This document shows, one piece after another, positions 27,888 through 37,836 of a stretch of 64,000 bases of DNA. This DNA is from an uncultured Acidobacteriota bacterium (GTDB lineage: Bacteria > Acidobacteriota > Terriglobia > UBA7540): assembly GCA_963804995.1 (NCBI GenBank), contig CAWDSK010000009.1, forward strand, positions 288,001 through 352,000, given 5' to 3'. The notes below the pieces were generated by a model that had not been told where the DNA came from, ran no database searches, and saw nothing but the letters and a program-made list of their open reading frames with translations. A program made the translations under genes and the position numbers. Position 1 is the stretch's first letter; each line of letters begins with the position of its first letter.

Positions 27888-28613
27888 AGGATTGTCCCCC
27901 TCATCTCAAGGAGTAATTACGTGCCACGAGACTTCCTGTGGATACCCAACCGCCGCTGCGGACCTCGGACCTTTCGATTCGGGCGGAAGAGGGTTCGCTG
28001 ATTCACCCGCGCGCCTTGTGGGCGTCACGCACATCCAACGGGCCGTTATGCCTGCCAGCGCCCGACAGCGCGGCCCAGGTCAATTGCACACTTCACCTGC
28101 GCCGACGCCAGCCAGCTTTTCGTGAAGGCGGTCGTAAGGAAGCTCTGTGCCCGCGGCATCGCAAACAGCCTGCGCTGGCACTTCTATAGTGTCAGTAAGA
28201 TGTACCGATACTACGCCCCGGGAATTGCCAAGTCAAGCCAACGCGCCTAGGAGTGATGGGTGAGACAGCGGGTAGCCACAGTGTCGCCGCGGCGACCAGT
28301 TCTGACTGTGAGTTCTTCCCTTGACCGCGAAGGCATACCTGGTGGGACGGGATTCATATGAATCTCGTGCCGAAGGACTGGTGAAGCGGCCGGAAGATGG
28401 GCGGTGGTTGAGTTACAACCATTGTGTCTTGGCCAAGGCAACGGTAGCGGCGTGACCTTTCCAGATTGACGACGTGCGGTTGCCACTGGGGGATCGGGCC
28501 TGAGAAAAGCCCCTGGTCAGAACGGGGCGTCCGCCATTAAGATCGGCGGACTGGCGCAAAGCGTATCTCTGCCAAGAGCGACTTTGCCCGTCACCTCGCC
28601 GTCCACCCTGCGT

Positions 28614-28859
28614 TCACTGGCTTTCGCCCTTGGCGGGCTGACCGGAAAGCAGGAAGGTCTTCGGATATGGACCCTCACCGCAAATCTTGAAGGAACCAAA
28701 ATCCTTGTACCACTCACCCTCCGGAACCAGCGGATGGGATTCAACCCAAAGCCGTAGCTTATTCAGGTCGGCGATGCTAATGCTTCGATCCCTCATCCTG
28801 TCCATCAAGTGTTGGCGAATGGCGGGCGGGAGCTTATTCCAGGTTTCAAGGTGGGGCAT
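28614..28859 (-). CDS. Small hypothetical protein, putative toxin partner
   Basis: 81 aa; TGATG overlap with the upstream RHH-like gene. Confidence 0.65.
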   Translation of the reverse strand: MPHLETWNKLPPAIRQHLMDRMRDRSISIADLNKLRLWVESHPLVPEGEWYKDFGSFKICGEGPYPKTFLLSGQPAKGESQ

Positions 28860-29116
28860 CAGTCGCCAAAAACCATGCGGCCCAGATCATCCCCGAGGCG
28901 TGCAACCTCTTTAGGATCGATTGCCGCACGGTAACGCTCGGCGAGCTCATAGAACTCTTTTTGTTTGCGCTTCTGGGCCTCGATCCCTTCTTCCACAAGT
29001 TCCACGATGATCCGGTTGGCGCTGAGGCGTCGTTGCTTCGCCAGGCTGCGCACCTGCCGCGCCGTATCGGCCGGAAGGCCCACGGTCTGGCGCACGACTT
29101 TGGTAGAAGCAGGCAT
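28859..29116 (-). CDS. Ribbon-helix-helix-like protein, putative antitoxin
   Basis: VRQTVGLP.....QVRSLAKQRRLSANRIIVELVEEG; TATAAT 6 nt before the ATG. Confidence 0.7.
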   Translation of the reverse strand: MPASTKVVRQTVGLPADTARQVRSLAKQRRLSANRIIVELVEEGIEAQKRKQKEFYELAERYRAAIDPKEVARLGDDLGRMVFGD

Positions 29117-29767
29117 GACACCATTATACACCAAAATGGTGATATACCTTCTTCCGCGCCTGGACTCAGGGTAGCGGGGCCTGTCCTACAGGTCCGGGGC
29201 TTTTTGTTGTCGATGGGGGACGTACCGCCCCCAGGCATCGGGGCGCTACGCCGCGTTTCCGTTCCTTCTATGGTCTAGACGAGCCAATCCAAACCCCGGC
29301 GGCGAGCCACTTCGGCCGCAGGGATATTCTGGCCCTCCTCTTGAGCAGGTAGCCAGAGTGTATGCCTTTCACACTCTGCGGTTCTTAATATGATAAACAT
29401 CCACAGTATTATTAACGCACAGGGTAAACATCAGATGCAGGAATCCGGTTTCCTGGGAGCTCATGAGCGGTGGTCGGAAGCCCTTCGAACGAAGAGCCGC
29501 AGAGTCTCGGAGAGCACGAGACTCTGCGCTACCAACTTGGCATCGGCGCTCTCTCGTGAAGCCGATTGAGAAGGGGTTTTTGCAGGTCGGCGTTGGCAAG
29601 AGCGGGTAGCCACAGTCAGGAGGGCACGGACTGTGGCTACCCGCTCTTGCCAACAATTTTCACGTCGTAGGGGCAGGCCTCGTGCCAAGGCTGTCCAAAT
29701 TAGGGCACCAATATACTTGACTCATCCACTGGGTTTTGGTATAGTTTTGCTTGTGAGGAGCGAAACC

Positions 29768-30736
29768 ATGCGCGAACCCCGTACCCTGCAAGAAGCCATT
29801 ATCTATTTTTCGAACCCTGACAATTCCCGCGCCTACCTTGTGGCGAAGCGCTGGCCCCAGGGCGTCATCTGCCCAACCTGCGGGTCGGAAAAGGTCAAAT
29901 TCAATCCGGCTCGCGGCGTCTGGCAATGCCCCCGCCATCATGCCCGGCGGCAATTCTCCGTCAAGGTGGGCACCCTGTTTGAGGATAGCGCCATCGGCCT
30001 GGATAAGTGGCTCACGGCGGTGTGGATGCTCACCAACTGCAAGAACGGTATCAGTTCCTATGAAGTAGCCCGCGACCTGGGGGTCACGCAAAAGACCGCC
30101 TGGTTCATGCTGCACCGCATCCGGCTGGCCTTGCAGGACGAGGGCGGCGGCAAGTTGGGAGGAGAAGTCGAGGTTGACGAAACCTTTATCGGCGGCCTCT
30201 CCCGCAACATGCACATCGGTAAGCGGCGGGAGAAAATCCAGGGCACGGGCGGGCGCGATAAAATTGCGGTCCTGGGAATTCTGAAACGGCGAGGCAAAGT
30301 TCGCACTTCGGTCGTTCCCGATGTGACCCTCAAAACTCTTCGCGGCAGCGTTGTCGAAAACGTTTCGGCGGGCTCGCAGGTTTTCACGGACGCTTGGATT
30401 GGTTACCACGGGTTGGATTCCGAATATGTTCATAGCGTTATTGACCATGCCCAAGCCTATGCCGTGGAAAACGTCCACACCAACGGCCTCGAAAACTACT
30501 GGAGCCTTTTGCAGCGCACCCTCCAAGGGACCTACGTTAGCGTCGAACCGTTCCATTTGTTTCGTTACCTTGACGAGCAAGCCTTCCGTTACAACCAGCG
30601 CGAAGGACTTGATGATCGTGGCCGCTTCGATGCGGCGGTTTCCAGGATCATCGGTAAGCGCCTCACCTGGAATCGCCTCGCCGGAAAGACGCAAGCTCGT
30701 CCAACCTGTTCTAACGCACAAGGCAAGGCAACGTGA
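29768..30736 (+). CDS. IS1595-family transposase
   Basis: Zn ribbon CPTCGS, HTH (ISSYEVARDLGVTQKTAWFMLHRIR), EVDETFIGG, FTDAW, HTNGLENYWS, YLDEQAFRYN. Confidence 0.96.
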   Translation: MREPRTLQEAIIYFSNPDNSRAYLVAKRWPQGVICPTCGSEKVKFNPARGVWQCPRHHARRQFSVKVGTLFEDSAIGLDKWLTAVWMLTNCKNGISSYEVARDLGVTQKTAWFMLHRIRLALQDEGGGKLGGEVEVDETFIGGLSRNMHIGKRREKIQGTGGRDKIAVLGILKRRGKVRTSVVPDVTLKTLRGSVVENVSAGSQVFTDAWIGYHGLDSEYVHSVIDHAQAYAVENVHTNGLENYWSLLQRTLQGTYVSVEPFHLFRYLDEQAFRYNQREGLDDRGRFDAAVSRIIGKRLTWNRLAGKTQARPTCSNAQGKAT

Positions 30737-30753
30737 GCGCCGGGGGAAGCGGG

Positions 30754-30900
30754 TCAAGCCTTCGCCCGCTTCTTCCGCTGGCGTTGCTTCTTCCACTCCG
30801 CTTTCCTTCGCTGTAACTCCTCCCGCGGGACGGAGAAAATCTTGCTGATTGCAGCGTCGAAATTCTGGAATTCTGAGGTTTTTATCCCCTTCTGGCTCAT
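30754..30900 (-). CDS. Small convergent ORF inside the IS (48 aa, basic tail)
   Basis: MSQKGIKTSEFQNFDAAISKIFSVPREELQRRKAEWKKQRQRKKRAKA; amphipathic helices; fills the space between the transposase stop and the right TIR. Confidence 0.5.
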   Translation of the reverse strand: MSQKGIKTSEFQNFDAAISKIFSVPREELQRRKAEWKKQRQRKKRAKA

Positions 30901-31338
30901 AAACATTAAATGCCTCAGTCCGTGACAATACCTTATCCACTCAACATCGTACACCTCCAACCCGTTCATCTCGCACCTTTCGAATGGATGAGTCAAGTAA
31001 GTTGGTGCCCAAATTAGCGAAGTCTCCACTCGGCATGGGGAGCGAAATTTCGGAGTGCGGGAGCTTGGTCCCGCTTTTGCCACCGCTGACTCGTCAGCGG
31101 TCGGTGTATCGCCGCATCGAGTGGCGCCGAGTGAAAGCGGCGACGAGTCGCCGCACTCCGAAACGAGCGCCTCGGCAACGCGCCGCCAGGTTTAACCAGG
31201 GTACCCGGTATCAGTGTGACTCGCAGGAGCGCAGGAGGGCGGCTCGGTGTATACTGAATCGGGGCGTCGAGTCCAAAATATAAATTCCCGCTAGATAGAT
31301 GGGTCCTGTCAGCGAAGCCCATTCGCGAGGGAGGTGCC

Positions 31339-32169
31339 ATGAGACGAGGCGTGAAACTCCTGGTTTTTCTATCCGCAAGCCTTCTGCTTCAGCCCATGTT
31401 TATTCCCACCGCATACGCCGGCGACTGCTACGCAGACTGCCTCGGCCGGTATAACTGTTACTCCAGCCATCCCTTTGGAGGTACGGAATGCTACAACCTT
31501 TGCCGAGAGGCATGCAGACCGGATGGCTGGGGCGCCATCGCGTATAGCTGGAAAGACAAGATCTCGGGCTGGTCGTTTGCGCTTAACTCCGAGGGTACGG
31601 CCGCGCAGGTCGCGAAGAAATATTGCGCCAATCGGGGCGGCGCCAACTGCATCCTCCAGGCTACCTACTATGAGGCATGCGGGGCCGTGGCGGCGGACGG
31701 CGATCTTGTCGCCTGGGGAACGGAAAGCACCAAAGTGCAGGCCGAGAAGCGAGCGCTGTTGGAATGCGCAAAAATCGGCGGCAAGAAGTGCGTCGTCGAA
31801 GTGTCGGCCTGCTCGGCCCGGGACGCGAATTCGGCCTCGCGGCCCGCCAGCCCGCCCCCGCCGCCGAAAGCCATATCGTGGGGCGCCATCGCCTATAGCA
31901 CCAAGGATATGGGCGCCGGGTGGTCGCAGGGCAAGGAGGACCGGGCCAGCGCGGAAAGAGAAGCCATGAACGCCTGTTCCCAACGCGGCAAGGCGTGCGT
32001 CTTGCGGACCGCCTTCAACAAAGGGTGCGGGGCGCTGGCCGCGGATCGTGATTTCACAGGGTGGGGAACTTCCACGGACCCGAGAGAAGCCCAGCAACAA
32101 GCGATCGCTGCGTGCAAGAAGGCGGGCGGCACGAATTGCGCGCTGCACATTGCGTTTTGCTCCTTTTGA
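31339..32169 (+). CDS. Secreted tandem DUF4189 domain protein
   Basis: Two WGAIAYS...A...C....C......CGA.A repeats; signal peptide; GGAGGT RBS. Confidence 0.88.
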   Translation: MRRGVKLLVFLSASLLLQPMFIPTAYAGDCYADCLGRYNCYSSHPFGGTECYNLCREACRPDGWGAIAYSWKDKISGWSFALNSEGTAAQVAKKYCANRGGANCILQATYYEACGAVAADGDLVAWGTESTKVQAEKRALLECAKIGGKKCVVEVSACSARDANSASRPASPPPPPKAISWGAIAYSTKDMGAGWSQGKEDRASAEREAMNACSQRGKACVLRTAFNKGCGALAADRDFTGWGTSTDPREAQQQAIAACKKAGGTNCALHIAFCSF

Positions 32170-32715
32170 CGCGGTCGCCCGGGAAACGGGCCAATTTCCT
32201 CAACTGTCTGCCGGGTGGCGTGCAGAATTGAGAAGGTGGAGATCTGCCATTGGCGCAGTCCCGGTAAGGCGCTACCGGTCTGTGTCCACTCATCGTCTCT
32301 CATCCTGGCGATGTGCCCATTCCATAGCCGCACAGGTGGTTTGGCCTGAAAGCTGCCTTCCTCGAAAATGCCCGTTGGTTAAGATTCATCCCCAGTGACG
32401 CCGTAAGGTGGCGCGATGACGCTCAACTCCCGAACCGTTTCGGCAGTCGGAGACCGCTCCTACAGCGCGTCAAGAGACTTTTTCACACAGACTCAGAAGT
32501 GGCGGCCGTCACTCACCGCACAAGTAGGATTGGATTGCCCCGTCCGCCAGGTGCAGGTGGTGATAAACTCGGGTCGACCCGGACGGAGGAGCGCTTGCGG
32601 AAAGGCGAAAGTAAGGTCGCGCCCAAACTCGGAAAATCCCTGGGGGAGATCACGAAAGAGCGACAGTCTGCGCCTGACCGCGGTGCTCCACGGGCTCGAG
32701 TCAACTTGGGGGAAC

Positions 32716-34521
32716 ATGACCGGTAGCGAGCTTGCAGGCCGACCTAGTCCCTGGGGAGCTGAGAGGAAGGCTGCCGGCCCCCAACTCCTTCTGGCGTTCG
32801 CCCTCCTGTGTACCCTTGCCGCGTACAGCCGAACGCTGAGTTTTCAATTTGTCTATGACGATCAAACCATAATCCTCCAAAACCCCGCCATCCACTCCTG
32901 GCGGTATATTCCCCAGTACTTCACCCGGCATTTCTGGGCGGGCGTTTATCCGGAAGGGCCGGGGAACTACTACCGGCCCGTATTCCTCATCTGGATGCGA
33001 CTTAACGAAATGGCGTTCGGGGACCGCGCCTGGGGCTGGCACCTGGGGACTATCTTCCTGCATCTTACCGTGACCCTCCTGGTGTATTTCCTGGCGCTCA
33101 GTCTCCTCCCCGACAGATGGACCGCAGCTTGGGCAGCGCTGATTTTCGGACTCCATCCAGTTCACATTGAGCCGGTGGCGTGGGTGTCCGGTGCGACGGA
33201 TGTATTGCTCGCGATCCTGCTGATAGCTTCTTTCCTGTGCTACTCCAAGGCGCGCCGTCAAGTGGAGAAGGCCAGGTTCTGGAGGGTCGCGTCACTCGTC
33301 CTGTTCGCGCTCGCACTACTCACCAAAGAGAATGCCATTTTTCTTCCCGCCCTGATATTTTCCTACGAAGGGTTGTATGGGAGCCAGTTCCCATCGGCAT
33401 GCTCCGGCGGATCAAAGCTCCGGAAGATCAGGGGTGCCCTGCGGGCTGCGGCCCCCTACCTTCTTCTGATTGCGCCGTACCTGGTGGTGCGCGTCATCGT
33501 ATTGCGAGGCCTAAGCCACCTTGAGGTGCGTCTACCCATCTCCACGATCGTCTTCACTTGGCCATCGCTTGGCTGGTTTTGGGTGAAGCACTTGGTCTGG
33601 CCCACTGGCCTGAGCACTTTTTACGACCTGCCGGCAGTGAATCACCCGGGGGTTAGCAACTTCATACTCCCGGCCATCGGCGTCGTGGCTGTTGCTGCCA
33701 TTATCCTGTGGTGGGCGAAGCGGTCACGGGAAATAGCTTTTGCCGTTATCTGGTTGGCGTTACCTCTCCTACCCTTTCTGGATATTCGATTATTTGTACC
33801 CAACGATTACGCTCACGACCGCTACCTCTACTTATCCTCTGTCGGCTTTGCCATAATCGCCGCGTGTGCCCTGCGGCACGTGCCTGTCGGCAACGCAAAA
33901 ATATGGGGACTGCCGGCCCTGCCGGTGGCGGCGGCCGTGGGCGTTGCAGCTCTGCTCGGCTACAGCACAGCGACGCAGAGCGCTTATTTCCAAAACGATC
34001 TGGTTTTTTATCAGCACAACTTTCAGGCCGCTCCTCACAACAAATACGCCAAGCTCTTCTACGGTATCGTTCTGGGCAACGACGGCCAATACGGAGAAGC
34101 GATCAGGGTTTTTAGTCAGGCCTTGGAGATCGATCCGGAATACTGGGGCGCGAAATATAATCTGGGCTACACCTATTACCGATTAGGCGAGCCGGATAAG
34201 GCTGAGGGCTATCTCGTGAAGGCCGTGACCGACGATCCTGATAAGGCCGGCGGATTCTTCTATCTGGGTTTGACTGAGTTCAAGCTGAACCGCCTGGACG
34301 CCGCAGACACAGCCATCCGCCGCGCCCTCCAGATCCAGCCGAACGGTTACGGGTATCACTTCGCACTCGGCGTCGTCTTGAAGGTCAAAGGTGACCTTCC
34401 GGGGGCGCTGGAACAGTTCCACGCCGAGTTGGAGATGAACCCGGGGCAATCCGCCGCGCAACAACAAATCGCGGAGATCGAAGCGGCGGGGAAACCGCCG
34501 GGGCGATCCAGTCCGCATTAA
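32716..34521 (+). CDS. TMTC-like membrane protein (GT-C-type N-terminus + TPR C-terminus)
   Basis: FVYDD, YYRP, HPVHIEPVAW, TKE, DRYLY, then TPR repeats. Confidence 0.88.
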   Translation: MTGSELAGRPSPWGAERKAAGPQLLLAFALLCTLAAYSRTLSFQFVYDDQTIILQNPAIHSWRYIPQYFTRHFWAGVYPEGPGNYYRPVFLIWMRLNEMAFGDRAWGWHLGTIFLHLTVTLLVYFLALSLLPDRWTAAWAALIFGLHPVHIEPVAWVSGATDVLLAILLIASFLCYSKARRQVEKARFWRVASLVLFALALLTKENAIFLPALIFSYEGLYGSQFPSACSGGSKLRKIRGALRAAAPYLLLIAPYLVVRVIVLRGLSHLEVRLPISTIVFTWPSLGWFWVKHLVWPTGLSTFYDLPAVNHPGVSNFILPAIGVVAVAAIILWWAKRSREIAFAVIWLALPLLPFLDIRLFVPNDYAHDRYLYLSSVGFAIIAACALRHVPVGNAKIWGLPALPVAAAVGVAALLGYSTATQSAYFQNDLVFYQHNFQAAPHNKYAKLFYGIVLGNDGQYGEAIRVFSQALEIDPEYWGAKYNLGYTYYRLGEPDKAEGYLVKAVTDDPDKAGGFFYLGLTEFKLNRLDAADTAIRRALQIQPNGYGYHFALGVVLKVKGDLPGALEQFHAELEMNPGQSAAQQQIAEIEAAGKPPGRSSPH

Positions 34522-34887
34522 TTAACCAGTCCCCGGTTCCTTTTCCGATTTCCCAAGGACCTTGTGGGGGCCAACGGCTCGTCCCATTCGGCCCATAGCA
34601 GGATCGGTGCACCCGTAAACCCTCCGACTGTTTGAACCGCGCGACTGGGCCGCAAGAGATAATCAAAAAGCACGGCAAGAGTTGAAGGCCGTACCCTTAA
34701 CAATCCTTGATATCCTTGCCGGGAGAACAATTGACTTCCGAGGGGCAATCCAGGTGTTAGTAATAGCTTCAAGCAGGTCGCGGCAAGCTGACGCATATTC
34801 ACGCTTTCCAACAAGTCAAAAGCTCAATTGCATTCGATTTTGGGTGGGGATTTGCTCATCATCAATTGTACGTGAAGGGAGAAGTGT

Positions 34888-35448
34888 ATGGGCACGCTCA
34901 TAGTTGTGGTCATTTTGTCGCTTTCGGCAATCGCTTTGGGCGTAACGGGCTTCGCGTCGATTAGGGGTATTCGCACCTATTTGAGGGCGCGTGGCAAGCG
35001 TCTGGTGACGTGTCCTGAGACCCAATGTGCGGCGGCAGTCGAACTGGATGCCAATCGGGCTGGATGGAAAGCACTCTTGGGCGAAAGCTATATGCACCTG
35101 CACGATTGCTCCCGCTGGCCGGAGAAGCAGGGATGCGCCCAGGATTGTTTGCAGCAGATTGAAACGCTTGGGCAGGGCTGCCTGGTCGGAAGCATCGTGG
35201 CGTCATGGTATCAAGGCAAGACCTGCGTTTATTGCCACAAGCCTGTGGATAAGGTTGAGGAGTGGACCGGCCATATACCCGCCCTGCTGGGGCCGGACGA
35301 GAAGACGGTTGTGTGGGGCAAGGTTCCACCCGAGAAGCTGCCCGAGGTCTTCGAGAAATACCAGCCGGTGTGCTGGTCATGCCACATCGCGGAGACCTTC
35401 CGCCGCGAACATCCCGAGTTGGTGACCGACCGCCCTGCGCGCTGGTAA
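34888..35448 (+). CDS. Membrane-anchored Cys-rich hypothetical protein
   Basis: N-terminal TM; CPET.C, CSRWPE..GC..DC, CVYCH, CWSCH. Confidence 0.8.
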   Translation: MGTLIVVVILSLSAIALGVTGFASIRGIRTYLRARGKRLVTCPETQCAAAVELDANRAGWKALLGESYMHLHDCSRWPEKQGCAQDCLQQIETLGQGCLVGSIVASWYQGKTCVYCHKPVDKVEEWTGHIPALLGPDEKTVVWGKVPPEKLPEVFEKYQPVCWSCHIAETFRREHPELVTDRPARW

Positions 35449-35458
35449 TCGTTTAGAC

Positions 35459-35534
35459 AAAAAAGCAGCCCCGTCCTTGCGTTAGACAAGGGCGGGGCTA
35501 TATCCAGATGCGGAGCCAACCGCTTCTGAACAAC
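35459..35534 (-). ncRNA. Candidate small RNA (hairpin + intrinsic terminator)
   Basis: TTGATT-17 bp-CACAAT upstream (35569-35541); 11-bp stem with UUGGCU loop; 13-bp GC-rich stem + U6. Confidence 0.5.
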
Positions 35535-35888
35535 AACGGGATTGTGTTCCTTTCCGGAAGAAAAATCAAGAAAAAGTTTACTGACTTGCCAATCTTATCA
35601 CTCCGATACCCTCAATCGGAGAGAATCTCCCCGCTGGGGGCCAGAGTCCGAAGACCTCGGTGACGACCGGCTGCTTTACTGCTTAAATTGATCGCCGAAA
35701 GTCGCTAGAGCAACACCTTGGGGGCAATGTAACGTCACATAGGATGGATCAGTCCCCAGTTGGCGCTGCGAGGACGTTCTTTTCCGATCCGTTAAAGATT
35801 CGTGCCGATACCGCCGATTCCTCTAGGGAGGCTCGAAACCATTGAGGAGGTCGAATTCGCACCCGAAGGTGGTTTGTTGGATACGAAG

Positions 35889-36117
35889 CTAGTGTCGTGT
35901 CTCAGAAGTTCGCCGAAAAAGTCTCACTGGGTTCAAAGGCGACCCCCTCACCCCCCGGCCCCTCTCCCCCAAAGGGGCGAGGGGAGAGTTAATCTGAATT
36001 TGTCGCCCTCGCCCCTTTGGGGGAGAGGGTGGACCGCCACCGGCGTTTTCATCAGCCGGGGCGGGACGGGTGAGGGGGTTCTCTAATAATCAGCGAACTT
36101 TTGAGACACGACACTAG
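35889..36117. mobile_element. MITE with 25-bp TIRs ending in CTAG (IS630-like ends), carrying a REP cluster
   Basis: ctagtgtcgtgtctcagaagttcgc / gcgaacttttgagacacgacactag, 24/25 match. Confidence 0.8.
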
Positions 36118-36219
36118 GCTGTAAATGCAGTTTTTGACCCCCCCCGTATGCTATTGAAAGGGAATGTACGCGCCGTGGTATAATTACAGTAAGATTAGAC
36201 TGATGCCCCTGGGAATAAA

Positions 36220-37836
36220 ATGAAAAGCTGTCCTGATTGCAAGGGGAGTTACCCCAACGACTACGCCATGTGTCCCAAGGACGGGGCCCCCCTTCATGAA
36301 ATCACCCTGTGGCAGATCGGTACGGTCATCCGGGGCAAGTACCGGATTCTCGCCCGCCTGGGCGAAGGCGGGATGGCCACTGTTTACCGGGCTCACCACG
36401 AATTGCTGGACGAGTTCCGGGCGCTGAAGGTCATCAAATCCGATCTGGCGGGCGATGCCGAATTTATCAGCCGCTTCAAGAATGAAGCCATCATGGCTCG
36501 CCGCCTCAACCACCCCAACGCTGTCCGCGTCGATGATCTGGACATTGCCGAAGACGGGCTGCCCTTTATTGCCATGGAGCTGGTGGTAGGCGACACCCTC
36601 AAAACCCTGATTCAGGGCACTGGCGCACTGCCCGTTTCATTGGTGCTGGACGTTTCTATGCAGGTTTGTGAGGCCCTCGACGCCGCCCACAAGCTGAACC
36701 TCATTCATCGCGACATCAAGCCTGAGAACATCCTTTTGATCGCGCAGCGCAACGGACCGCCCATTGCCAAGATACTGGATTTCGGTATCTCCCGCCTGCG
36801 CGAGGAGACCGCCGGATCAAAGGGTCTGACGCAGACGGGCATGGTGATTGGCACACCTGAGTACATGTCGCCCGAGCAAGCCATGGGTAAGCGCAGCGAG
36901 GAGATCGACGGCCGGTCCGACCTCTACTCGCTCGGCATTGTCATGTACCGGATGTTGACGGGTGAGTTGCCCTTCCAGGCGGACACCACGGTCGAGATGA
37001 TTCTTCATCATCTTAAAACTGTGCCCCAGCCCCCCAACAAGTTAAAGCCGGAGCTAGCCATTCCGGCGGCCGTTTCCAGCATCGTCATGAAAGCGCTCGA
37101 AAAGGACCGTAATAAGCGCTATTCGACCGGGGCGGAAATGGCCGCCGCCATCAAGAAGGCACGCGGCAGCATCACCCTGGCTTCTCAAAAGGTCGAATGG
37201 GAAGCTCTGAGCTCCGCCCGGGCCTCGTTTGGTCTGGAAGACAACACCGCCGAGGCAGCCCCCGATAACGGATCCAGCGCGGCTTCGCGAACTCCTGTGC
37301 CGTCCCCCGCTCCGGCCCCCTCGGCTGCCAATAACAAGAAGATGCATCGAAGCTCCGCCCGGCTCGGGCCTCCCCCCCGGGAGTTCCCCCTGCGCGCTGT
37401 GCTGCTGGTCGTTGTGGTCGCGGGATTGGTAGCGGGTGGATATTTCGGCAGGCCTTATTACCAGTCGTGGGGTCTTAAAGTACAGTCTATCACTGCCTCT
37501 TTCGCTTCGGGTGCGGTGGTCGACAAGCTCGCCCAAGCAGTTCGCGACTGGCACAAGACGGGTGAGGATCCAAGCGAAGGAGTAGGAGCGGCGGCAGCCC
37601 CCTCAGCAGAAAAGCAGGGCAAGGTCTTGACGTTCGCCCAGGAAGCCAAGGTCAAGGAACTAAATTCCCTGGCCTCGATCTATCTCCTCCAGGGTGGATG
37701 TGAGAAAGCCATGCCCGTCTATCAACGCGTGATCGATATCGACCCTGGGAATCCTGCCGCCTGGAAGGGCATGCAGGACTGCTATGCAAAAACCAATAAG
37801 GGGCACCCGGCTCCTCCCTCTCACTCGGACCAGTGA
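36220..37836 (+). CDS. Hanks-type Ser/Thr protein kinase with N-terminal Cys knuckle, TM and C-terminal TPR
   Basis: LGEGGMATVY, ALKV, HRDIKPEN, DFG, GTPEYMSPEQ, DLYSLG. Confidence 0.96.
   Translation: MKSCPDCKGSYPNDYAMCPKDGAPLHEITLWQIGTVIRGKYRILARLGEGGMATVYRAHHELLDEFRALKVIKSDLAGDAEFISRFKNEAIMARRLNHPNAVRVDDLDIAEDGLPFIAMELVVGDTLKTLIQGTGALPVSLVLDVSMQVCEALDAAHKLNLIHRDIKPENILLIAQRNGPPIAKILDFGISRLREETAGSKGLTQTGMVIGTPEYMSPEQAMGKRSEEIDGRSDLYSLGIVMYRMLTGELPFQADTTVEMILHHLKTVPQPPNKLKPELAIPAAVSSIVMKALEKDRNKRYSTGAEMAAAIKKARGSITLASQKVEWEALSSARASFGLEDNTAEAAPDNGSSAASRTPVPSPAPAPSAANNKKMHRSSARLGPPPREFPLRAVLLVVVVAGLVAGGYFGRPYYQSWGLKVQSITASFASGAVVDKLAQAVRDWHKTGEDPSEGVGAAAAPSAEKQGKVLTFAQEAKVKELNSLASIYLLQGGCEKAMPVYQRVIDIDPGNPAAWKGMQDCYAKTNKGHPAPPSHSDQ

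Larger units (their letters stand above)
29704..31009 (+). mobile_element. IS1595-family insertion sequence, 1306 bp, apparently intact
   Basis: 25-bp TIRs (GGCACCAATATACTTGACTCATCCA, 23/25 match); 8-bp TSD CAAATTAG at 29696-29703 and 31010-31017. Confidence 0.95.

Noticed and set aside
29360..29450. Possible RelE-like C-terminal relic (TVDVYHIKNRRV*KAY), AT-rich
   Set aside because: Too short to support without a search.
29660..30940. 426-aa minus-strand ORF
   Set aside because: Antisense shadow of the IS1595 transposase, no motifs, and it crosses the left TIR.
34852..34865. FNR-like box TTGCT-N4-ATCAA
   Set aside because: One mismatch, only 22 bp from the ATG, and no supporting promoter geometry.
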